This document shows, piece by piece, positions 11,801-23,800 of a stretch of DNA of 64,000 nucleotides. The DNA is taken from NCBI GenBank assembly GCA_044892525.1, contig CM097886.1:148738001-148802000 (forward strand), read 5' to 3'. Numbering within the stretch: the stretch's first letter is position 1; every line of letters begins with the position of its first letter. A program made the position numbers and the translations under genes. The stretch comes from Schmidtea polychroa (Eukaryota). Under the pieces are notes generated by a model. It saw nothing but the letters and a program-made list of their open reading frames with translations, did not search any database and was not told the DNA's origin.

Positions 11801-14800
11801 CGAAGCATGTACTTTTGGGTGCTGAATCTCCTCATATTTGTCTTCTGCATCGTCTGAATACTCCAATGGCATCGTCTCATCATTAGGTTCAATTGCTGCA
11901 ATTGTTCTTCTTGGATTGTTGATCTTTTGTTGATAGCTTGTGGTTCGATGGGCATAATAATTATTGTTTCTCATGTTTGAATTAGTTTGAAACTTCCTTC
12001 TTTCCAAATTTGTATAGCAGTCAATCTCCTTATGTCCACGTAAGTGACATCTCTGGCATTGAATCGTTGAACATTCTCGCCGTACGTGGCCTTCAACTCC
12101 GCATGCAAAACACGTAATTTTCTTTTTCATTTGGCATTCTCGACTCACATGACCAATTTTCTTGCATGTCCAGCATTCCAATTGTCGGTTACTGACGTTT
12201 CGCTGCTTGAAATTATTATTTCCGTTTACCATTTCTCTTTGAGCAACATCTCTGTAGCTTCTGTAGTTTTGAACAACCGGTGAAGTCTTCACAACATTAA
12301 CATGGCCCATAATTTTGTTTACCTTTTCTAATTTCTTTATTGTCGCTTTTATTTCTTCTGATGTTTTCAAATCTTTCATCTCGATCTCTTTTTTAACTTC
12401 TCGATCTCTTACACAGTTTGTAAGCAGGCATTTTTCTATTTCTTCTTCATCCCATTTGTGCGCTATTAATTTCTTTGTCATCTTTTTAATTTTCTCTATA
12501 AAAGTTTCGGCTGAATCTGATCATTGTTCATAACTCAAAGCTTCTTTTAGATCATCCATTAATGATGTCGGTTTTGAAAATGCATATCGAAGTTTCTCTT
12601 CCATAGTTTTTCCTTCGGCTGCTTCATAATCTTCCATTAGCGATCTGTCAAGTAATGTTGTAGTTAATATTACTTGCATCCTAATTGTTGTTTTTGTCGC
12701 GCCAAAAAACCTTTGACAATCCTTGATAAAATTTTCTAAATCATCGCCTTTGTGAAATTTCTCAGGTAATAGTCTGCTTATCAATAAATCCGTGGTCGTG
12801 GTCGCCATGTTAGACGCAATTAAATTCAAGACTTCTTCAAGCATTTATTTTTATAACAACTTCAAAAATTGTGCCGTTTACTAGAATATTTAAACACCAA
12901 GGCGTGATAATTATTAATATTAATGTAATTACTGGTCATACATTTAATTGATTTAATTTAATATAATTTAATATAATATGATATAATTTAATATAGAATT
13001 TAAATATACAAATTTAACAGAAATAATTATTTCTACTAACTGATCTCACTTCTACCATTTAACCATAATAATTTTATATAGAGGTTTACTAACTCCTTAC
13101 AATACCTATATATCTTTAGTAGTATTACATTGAGTGAGGCGGAAAATCAAATTTAACCCTTTCAATACTGTAGGGACATATTGTCCCAGAGAATTTCTAA
13201 TAATTACTAAAATAATTTAAATGCTTACAAATGCATTGGGATCTGGGATTTTAGTACTGTAGGGTAATAGGCTCGTAAACAAGTCCAAATCTGTCTGCTT
13301 TGTTGCTGTTTGCTGTCTGCTTTTTTCTTTTCTATAAAAATTTTGTGCTATAAATATTACATGAATTATTAAAATAAAAAAATCGTATTGAAAGGGTAAA
13401 ATGGAATTATTAGGGCTTTAGAATTATCATTAATTATATCCTGTTGAGACTCATGTAAAGTATAAGGTAATATTTTTCTTAATTTTGTTGCGCAATTCTG
13501 GTTCTTTAAATGTAATTTTGAAGATAAATCGTCAGATTTTCGACAAATTAGCGATCACGTATCTTTTAAATTATCAGAAGTAGGTTTTTGATTTCTCAAG
13601 TTATTTTTAAGATGGTTGAATATAATAAAGTTTAATGGTGACTATTAAGAGGATGTTGGAACATTATCATACTAACAATAAAGTGTAGAATGGTCCTAGC
13701 AATGAAGAAATAATCTATTTTCTTGATTAAGCATTGGTGTAATAGATGCTAATATTGACCAAGATTGCATTATTGTCATTAAACGATTTGGCACCGACGA
13801 AATTATGCAAATTACCATTTTTTATGTCACAACGCAAGTGCATTAAAATGTAAAATTGTTTCTCATATTTTGGCAAATAATTTAAAAAATATTTTTTATT
13901 TTGAACAGTTATTATATGACAATAAATAATTAGTCCTTCAGAATTTTATTCATTTAAACATGGCCCATAAAATTGAAAATTATAATTAGAAAATTTATAA
14001 TTCAATAGATTATTTTAAAAAAGTTTTCTTTTTCTTTTTTCCTCAAAGAAATTTCTTAAGTTTTCATGTGAAAGAGTATATTTTTAGTATATTTCATAAA
14101 AATTTAAAAATGAAAATACATAAATTATGCAAAATTACTTTGAGTTTAGTTAATTATATTCGGTTTAATTCTCATTAATTAACTAATGGGATGTGAATTG
14201 ATTATTACATATCTAGTTGATGCTTATAGTAAAATATTATCATTATTCGGCATGACTTTCTGAAGGTTTCTAGAAATTAATATGAAAATGCTATTAAAGC
14301 TTTAAATATAATTGAAAAAATTATAGATATTATTAATTTAATAAACAAATTACACAAATTTTATTAATTTAAGTAATTTTTAATTTAATTTAAATAATAA
14401 ATTATTTTTTAATCCAAACTATTTTCAATAAATATATTCATAAATATTTAAAATATTTTATATTTATCTTTTGGTTTCACATTTGATCTTTTTTAATTCA
14501 ATAATTTTCATATTAATATTTGTAAGAATAGATCAAAGCAATATCGTGTACCTTATATATTGTTATGATCCATTGTCTTATAAATATTAAAATGAAAATT
14601 ATTGAATAAAATATTTTAACAAACCATTATAAATTAAAAACATTTTTAAAAATAAAATTATTTGACCTAATATTTTAATGTATTTGAAAATGTTTATGGT
14701 AGTGTATCGTCGTGTTTATCTTTGTGCCAGATTAAGAATTCCAAGAAAGTAATCGATGAGTATCTTTCCATTTCGTATGTTAATACAATGTTTTAATGTA

Positions 14801-17800
14801 AATTGTTCATCTGATGAAAAAATGGCTCTATATGCCTTTGACTTTCAAATATAATAAAATTATCTTCTATATACCGTTTATAAACAATGGGTTTCTCAAA
14901 TTGAGATAGAGATTTTCAGAAAACCAACTTATGAAGTTTTAATGAAGTCTGTTGTGATAGTCGTTGTATTTTCAAATGGCATATTAGTTACGAGAATTGA
15001 ATTCAATGATATTGTTATCAAATTCATGAACCTGATTACTTTCCAATCATGCTGTTTCTAATATCACATTTGTACCCTTCTTATTGTCAAACATATAAAC
15101 ACATTTGACATCTTATGAAATACATGCAAAAATGACAACTTTAACATATTTGTTTCCATTTTAACATGTCAGATATCACATTTTTATTGTAACATATACT
15201 TTGTGAATGATTTTTAAAGTCGTTTTTTTGCCTATTTTTAGTAACCTTTCAGCATTTTCTATTTCATTAATAACTTGAATGACTAATTTTGAAATTTTTA
15301 AGTAACAACATTTTTTGAAAAGAAAATATTTTAATCGAAGGAATTATTTAAACACAGTGGCGTAGCAATAGGTTGTGCAGGTTGTGCACGGCACAAGGGC
15401 CCAGGACGAAAAATTAGTAAAATTTATACGTTCGAGCATTATAAATTCCCCGATTGTCATCAAACCAAGCATCGCTTTGGCGTTTGTTTTGTTTTTATTA
15501 AGACAGCAACCACAGTTTGGACGGTTTATACATTTAATATTATTAGGAATCTATATTGGATATAGTTGTAAACCACCTTCCCCCAAGCCTGCCTATGGTT
15601 TGGTTCCTCGGATCACTTCGTTCGACAAATATTTTGTGCGTCCCAAAATCTGCACAAGGGCCCCAGAAATCCTTGGTACGCCACTGTTTAAACAATATAA
15701 ATTATCAGTAATATTTTGTTTTAATGTAACAATAATTACAAATAAACAATGTTTAAATATTATAGATATTTTAGTATGATAATTATAATTTATAAATTAT
15801 AATATAATGGATTTATAATGTTTATAATGTTTATGGTAGTGTATCGTCGTGTTTATCTTTGTGCCAGATTAAGAAATCCAAGAAAGTAATCGATGAACAT
15901 CTTTCCATTTCGTAATCTTTCGCATCTTTCCATTTCGTTATCTTTCGCATCTTTCCATTTTTGTAATTTGGTTAAATTGAATATTCTGTTGGAGTTGTCG
16001 GTAAAATTAAACACTATCAATTATTGATCTGACTCCAAGTGTGTCTTGAGATATTAACAACAATAACCAATATTTATTATCTATTACAATTACAATCCAT
16101 TTCATTTATGTTAACACAATTGCTCAAAAGATTCAAAACTCGGGACTTATTGCAAAACCAGCCCAATTTAATGTTCACTAAACTGGGCCTCGGTCGAACC
16201 TCGTCTATATACTCGTATCGATCGGGTAGTTACTTCAACTTATGTTTTCGCTTTCTTTAATTTGTATGATACTTTGTTTCAATTGTCACTCCTTCAAATT
16301 ATAATTAATTCCGAGTTTACTTTTTTTTTCCAAATATTTCGTTAATCTTTTTCTATCCGGTTCCATTTGTGTCTCTCTATTAGAGATTTTCATTCGCTGG
16401 TACCTAACCATTAATTTAATGTTTTTTGGTTTTTCTTCAATTTTACTTCCAAGTTATCTCCGACTAATTCTTCTATTATCTCCAATACCTGTCAAGAAAT
16501 AAAATTCCATTTCATTATGCCTTCTTTTTTCTCCGACATCTCTTGTCATTTATCCGTTATCATGAAATAGTTGTCAAGATATGGAAATTTGATTTCAATT
16601 TTGTTTTTGTTTTTCCCTTTTCAATTTTCACTTGTTAATTAAGAACGACCTTATCGTATCTCATTGTTTAATTTCATTGATTCTTTGCCATTCACTTTTC
16701 ATTTTTTCATTTACTCCCCTTTACTTTATATTTTTCCCTTACTTATTTTCTTTTTAATAATTATTTATTTTTATGATTCAGGTATCCACAACAATTCTAT
16801 AGTATCACTAGCCATTTATTTTTCAAATACTCCAAATAGTATCACCTTTATATTTTTCTATTCTTTAGTAGTACTATTTGGAGAAATCCGTTAGTAATAA
16901 TAATAGTAAATTTTAATATCATATATTTTTACTATAACATTATTTAAATGTGATTATAGTACATTTAATAGTTTATTTGCATGGGCTTCTGAAGGTGGAC
17001 AAGATGGTTTACTCGGATATCTTAGTAATCTTGATAATATTTTAAAGTAATAATGCATAATAATTAATGGATTGAGTATTAACACAAAATATGACGCACT
17101 AGTTCATAATTGAAGTAGTTTATCCTTAATTCGTTATTACATTAGTAGTAATTTTTGATCTGTATTTATTCTCAATGAAATAAACAACTTCAGCGTTGTA
17201 CTCAAAACTAAATATAATGTAATTATAGCAGATTTTGTTTCAATTTTAATTAAAAACGATTTTCTTAAAAATACTAAATGAATGTCAAAAAACCATAAAA
17301 TTTCATTGATACCTGAAATGGTAGAATTCACGTTTAAGTTAAAACTTGATATTGCTAATAAACATTTAAATTGTATATATCAGATTACATAAATTTTTAT
17401 ATAAATATTTAAATTAATAAATTAAAGTAAGTTTAAAATATAAAAATATATTAAATATTAAAATAAATTAAACCAGCATTGAAATCAGCATCAAAATTAA
17501 AAATAAAATAAGAACGCAAACGAGTGGAAGGTTTATAATAGAGGATAATATTATTTATACCAAAGATAAAAGAATATGGATACCAGAGAGCAAAAGAAGA
17601 GAAATGATTAACAAAACACATGCTGGAGTTGACAAAGTTATCAAATACATACAAAACAATTTTGATATGAGAGATCTAATAAAGGAAGTAAAAACGACAA
17701 TATCAAATTGCGAATCGTGCCAAAAAGTTAAAGTTGTAACTACAAAGATGAAAGAGAAACCAAAAGTACTTGAAGCATCCGAACCCTTCGAGAAAATATA

Positions 17801-20800
17801 TATGGACATATGTGGCCCAATGAAAGAAACATTTAACAAGAAAAGATACATTTGCGCAATAATCGACCATTACAGCAAATACATCTCGTTAACAGCTATA
17901 AATAAACAGGATGAAGAGACAATTGGGAAGATATTGTTAAACAACTGGTTCTAAAATTTGGGGCACCCAAAGAACTACATGTAGATTGCGGGAAAACATT
18001 CGAAGCTAATAGCATAAAGAATAAAAGCAAAAATGCAGGGTTCGAGATAGTGTATTCGAGTCCATGTCATCATAATACGAATGGTATAATCGAAAGACAA
18101 TTCCGGACAATAAGAGATTTTATTAATGCATCGCTGAAAGACGGAAATACAAAAGACTGGGCAGACCTTATCCCCGATATAGAATATACACTCAACGCAA
18201 CCATTCAAAAAACAACGGGAGTAAGCCCAGCTGAAATTATTTTGGTAGGAAAATTGATAGATCAAAATGGTAAAATGATAGTAGAATCAACAGGAACGAT
18301 ATCGCATTGAAAATTGAAAGTAAAAGACAAAATGAGGAAACAACAACTGCAAGGAGGTTGGATATTGGAGACAAAGTGTTAATCAAACGAGAAATACGAA
18401 ACAAGGATCAAGATAGATATGAAGGACCATACACGGTAACAAAACGAATACACGATCGCAGTTATATGCTGAGAGATAAAAGTGGGAAGTCTTTAATCAG
18501 GAATATTGAAAAGATTAAAGAATTTAGAGAAGGGGGATGAAAGGGTAGAATTCACGTTTAAGTTAAAACTTGATATTGCTAATAAACATATAAATTGTAT
18601 ATATCAGATTACATAAATTTTTATATAAATATTTAAATTAATAAATTAAAGTAAGTTTAAAATATAAAAATATATTAAATATTAAAATAAATTAAACCAG
18701 CATTGAAATCAGCATAAAAATTAAAATAATAAAAAAGCCTCGAACAGATTGTTTAAATATTACAAAAAAGTGCAGTTTTGTGAATAAAATAAATTTAGTA
18801 ATTTTATTTGTTTAATTTATTAATTATGGAGATTGAGAATGAATTCGACGTTGTTGCGGCTAACAATACTATTAGCCACAGAGCTACGGGTATTAATAGA
18901 ATCCATAACTAAAACACGTTTATTATAAAAACACAAATATTATTAAAACAAATTATAACGTTAATTTGTTTGAGGAGTTTCTAAAAAATAATAATTAATG
19001 TGTAAGTAAGGATTTCAGCATACAATCAAACATGCACAACATCATACCATTATTTAAATACAAATTACAAAACGCATCACATCCCCCCTTCGTAACGGAA
19101 CTTCCATTTTCCAATTTTATTTCATAACTTCGATCATGAATCTTTTTAGTAATCACACCTGGACCCATGTATCTGTTATCACCTTTATTTCGAACATTTA
19201 CTTTGATCAATACGCAATCTCCAATTTGAAATTCGCGATTTGTCGCCTGATTGATTTTTTCTTCTTCCACAATCTCTGAGAACCATTCACTATAAATCTT
19301 TTTCCCAAACACCATTTCAGCTGGAGTCTTCCTAATAGTTTTTTGAAAAGTTGAATTCAACATAAACTGAACTTCGGGAAGAATATCTACCCATGATTTA
19401 TGTCTTTTATCTTTGAGTGTTATCTGTATTGCATCTCTAATTGTACGGAATTGTCTCTCAATCTGTCCATTTGCTGAGTGATGATATGGACTTGAATAAT
19501 TAATTTCAATATTGTGGAATTCTGCAAAATCTTTCATTAGCTTTGATTCAAATGATTTACCTCTGTCACAGTTTATTATCCTTGGTGCTCCAAACTTCAT
19601 TATCCATTCTTCTTTCAGTAATCTTACCACTGTTTTTTCATCTTGCGATTTCACTGCATGTAAAGAAATAAACTTACTATGATGATCTATAATCCCAAGA
19701 ATATATCTTTCTCCTTTCATTGCAAGTTGTAATGGACCACAAAAGTCTACATAGATTGTTTCAAATAATTTCGAATCACTTTTGCAAATTATTTCTTCTT
19801 TTGTTTTAGTTGTATCAACCTTTCTTTTCTGACAGTTTTCACAGGATTGTACAACATTACGAATAGATTGCTCCAAATCTTTCATATCGAAATTATTTGA
19901 TACATACATTTTTACTTTATTAGCACCCGCGTGACAGAGCTTTTTATGATATTCTATGATGAATTCAGACTTGTTTTCTTCTGGAATCCAAATTTTATTA
20001 TTAATTGTCATAATCACTCCGTTGACATATTTAAAAAATGTTTTATCTGGCATCAAACTAATATTTTCTTTTATATTTTCAATTTCTTTCGAGTTCTTTT
20101 GCCATATATTTTCAATATTATCAGTCATTAGTGTCAACAATCTTGTTTTTAATTTACCCATTTTTAGGATTTTCATGAATCATTTGACATTGAACACATT
20201 ATTGTGGTTATCACCTTTTCTGTATTGAATCTCCATGTCCAGACCACTAAGATGGTTAATCCAAGTTTGAAATTGTGGGGTAATAGCTTTCTTTGTCTTC
20301 ATCATAAATGTAATGGCTTTGTGATCCGTTCTCAAAATAAACTTTTTACCATATAGATAATGCTTAAAATGACCAGTAAAATAAAATATAGATAGTAATT
20401 CCTTTCTTGTTATACAATAACCCAACTCGTGTTTATTCATAGCTCGGGATCCATATGCGATTACTCTTTCTTTACTTCCATCTTTTTCAGACAGAACAGC
20501 ACCAATGCGGTCAAAACTTGCATCTGTATCCAAAATGAATGGCTTAGAAAAATCTGGGAACTTCAATACAGGTGTAGACGTCAATTTCAGTTTTAAATTT
20601 TTAAATGAAGTTTCACACTCATCAGTCCACATAAGCTTCTTTTGTTTACTTCCACATAACGCTTCTAATACTTTGGAATCTTTGGTGTAATTTTCTATAA
20701 ATCTGCGATAGTAATTAGCCAAGCCTAAAAATCCTCTCAAACTTTTTACGCATTTAGGTCTTTCAAAATTTTTAATAGTTTCAATCTTGCTTTCATCCGT

Positions 20801-23800
20801 ACGTATTCCATCTTCACCAATGATATGACCCAAAAATTTTACTTCTTTCCTTTTGAATTGACATTTTGCTGGACTTATTTTAAGATTTGCTAATTTAATC
20901 TTTTGAAAAACCTTTTCAATGGTATTATAATGTTCATTCAATGTCTTTGAAAATATAAGGATATCATCCAGATATACAATTGTTCCATTCCAATTTAATT
21001 CTCCAAGAACCAAATTCATAAGTCTTTGAAATGTTGCTGGTGCGGCTGCTATTCCAAATGGCATTCTGTTAAAGTAATATTGCTTGCTTTTTGTCGAAAA
21101 TGCTGTTTTCAATTTTGATGCATCATCGAGTTCTACTTGATAATAAGCATTGCCTAAATCAATTGTCGAGAAAAACTTTGCTCCGTCAAGAATATCTAAT
21201 AATTCATCAGTATTTGGAATGGGAAAAATCGGTCTTTCGGTTATATTATTTAAAGCACGGTAGTCCAAGCATATTCTTATATCACTGCTGTTTTTCTTTT
21301 TAACACATACTAATGGAGAATTCCAAGGAGATGTACATTCTGATATAATGCCATATTTCAACATTTCTTGAATATTTTCTTCAATTTTTTCTATTAAATG
21401 TATAGGTTGTCGTCTTGGGTTTATTACAATCGGACTACCTTTAGTAAGTATTTCATGCTTTAATAGTTCGGTTTTTCCAACATCCCATTTATGTTTCATA
21501 AAAATACCGTCAAACGTGGAAATTAAATTATTTATAATCTTATCTTCACTTATGTGGTTCTTAAATGAATTTTCCATAATTGTATTTATTTCGTCTGTAC
21601 GGTTTTCTATTTGCAATTGCATTCCAAATCTTTCGAGAAAATCTATACCTCCTATTAACTTTGGGTTTATATCTTTGGCTACAACGAATTCTACTTTTTT
21701 AATATCAGAAATTTTATCAACTTTTACATTTAATAAAGTTTTACCGCAAATTTCAACCGGGCTATCATTCGCACATCTTAATTTTAAATTACTTGTAGTC
21801 ATATTTAAATTTCCAAGTTTTTTAAAAATATTATAATCAATCACACTTATTTTAGCTGCAGTATCTAATAGGCATACTAATTTTACATTATTAATCATCA
21901 CGGTAACACTGGGCCTTCCCTGCATTTTATCGTATACTATTATATCATTCCGTTTATCACGATTAAGAACATTTATTTCATTAGAAGTTAGGGGTGGATC
22001 TTTAAAAACTTCATCCATACAAAATTTATTAATGTATATATTAATATAATTTCTATAATCAAAAACACATCACGACAGTTATCATTCAAACTATCACAAT
22101 CATTCAAACTATCACAATCATTCAAAATCATACAACCCTTACTCATATCATTAATTACCTTTAATTTATTGCTCCGATCACCTCCTCGTGTGGTGGAGCA
22201 TTCCCATTTGGGTACTCAAAATCAGCCTCTGGATCCTCGTCACCGAATGCAGCCACTGATTTATGGAATTTTCGACGTCTGCCTGGAAATATCTCATGGC
22301 ACTGATGTTTGAAATGTCCAGATCTTTTACAATGGGCACATTGAATATTGGGGCATTCAGATCTTCTATGACCTTCTTCGTGGCACGCCCAACATCGCAA
22401 AATTTGATTTGTTCGGACATGATCTCGCGAATGAAATTCCCTGGTATTATAAGGCTCACTTCTATTCATAGGTTTCCATCCATTTGAAATAGCATATGGA
22501 TGTTCTCTAGTAAGATCGCCTTTGAATTTTGGATTATGTTGAGGTTCTCTTGTATATTCATCTTTGAATCTGGGATTAGCTTCTCGTTCTCGAATTGATC
22601 TGTTATCATAACTATATCTTGGTAAGCTCTTCTTAACAGCATCAGCATAGCGTTGTGTTTTATTCATTGAAGCTACATCAGCATGAAATACATTAATTTC
22701 TTTTGAAACTTGATCGTGTCTCTTTAACCTTTCTTTCATTTCATCAAATGACTTTAAATCTTGCATTTTGAGATCTTTTTTAACTTCTTTATCTTCAAGT
22801 GAATTGAATAGCAAAAATTTCTTTAGTTCTTCTTCATCAAGTTTATGCTTAAAAATATTTTTTGCAAGTTTCTCAATTTTTGAGCAGAATTCTTCGGCAG
22901 CCTCATTTCCTTGACGATAATTTAGCGCTTCGTTGAGATCATCGATAAGACTTCTGTTCTTAGCAAAAGCGTTTCTTAATCTTTCTGTATAATGCAGAGT
23001 TTCATTAGTCAACTCATATTTCTTCGATGAATTGATTGATAGAAAAGCTTTGACGAATTTGCTTCTGTATTCATCGACAATATTTGTCATCTCGAAGAAT
23101 CGTTCCGTTTCTAAGATAAAATCTTCCATGTCATATGTTTCTGGTGGCTTGATAAAATTTGCAATCGTGGTCGCCATATTAGCCACAGAGCTACGGGTAT
23201 TAATAGAATCCATAACTGAAACACGTTTATTATAAAAACACAAATATTATTAAAACAAATTATAACGTTAATTTGTTTGAGGACTTTCTAAAAAATAATA
23301 ATTAATGTATAAGTAAGGATTTCAGCATACAATCAAACATGCACAACATCATACCATTATTTAAATACAAATTACAAAACGCCTCACAAATACCAATAAT
23401 GAATTTTACTCGAGATATCTATTTCATTAAAATGAATACTTTGATCGTTGAACATTTTTTATTCATTAAATATTTATGACAATAAATATGAGAAATATTT
23501 CGAATATGTTGCCGAACATTGTCACATTGAAGAACAGTACCTTGTCACATGTTGAACACTGATCTTTTCTCAAAATCTCTGAACTCTTTTAAAGGATTGA
23601 TGATCAAATTTCCTCTGTAGTCATCTCTGTAGTAGTTTCGCATATTCGAAAAATGATAGCAGATAATGCTGGATGCGAATAACCGTATGGTCAACATAAA
23701 CTTTGTGTAAATGATACTTCGACTTCATGGGGATTTTTTTAATTTCATCTTTGAAATCAAGTTAGCTGAGTTATGTCTTCAACTTCTAAATTCATAAAAT

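Larger units (their letters stand above)
8089..13101 (-). mobile_element. Ty3/Gypsy LTR retrotransposon A, full length (5013 bp), recently inactivated
   Basis: 294-bp LTRs at 8089-8382 and 12808-13101 (3 mismatches), TG...CA ends, 5-bp TSD ATACC, PBS TGGCGACCACGA, PPT AAGAAGGGGGGA; gag-PR-RT-RH-IN order. Confidence 0.97.
18870..23388 (-). mobile_element. Ty3/Gypsy LTR retrotransposon C, full length (4519 bp)
   Basis: 212-bp LTRs at 18870-19081 and 23177-23388 (4 mismatches), TG...TA ends on the element strand, 5-bp TSD AATAC, PBS TGGCGACCACGA, G-rich PPT. Confidence 0.97.

Noticed and set aside
14742-14765. Apparent 18-nt microexon (CCAG|ATTAAGAATTCCAAGAAA|GTAATC) in both 89-bp repeats
   Set aside because: In the phase-1 intron it creates an immediate TAA; no supporting evidence.
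15375-15779. 134-aa ORF
   Set aside because: Runs through a non-coding hAT MITE and AT-rich flank; no domain features.
8517-23235. Many short + strand ORFs inside elements A and C (e.g. 10690-10980, 21516-21836, 22178-22459)
   Set aside because: Antisense shadows of gag/pol; no independent motifs, and no env-like or accessory gene.
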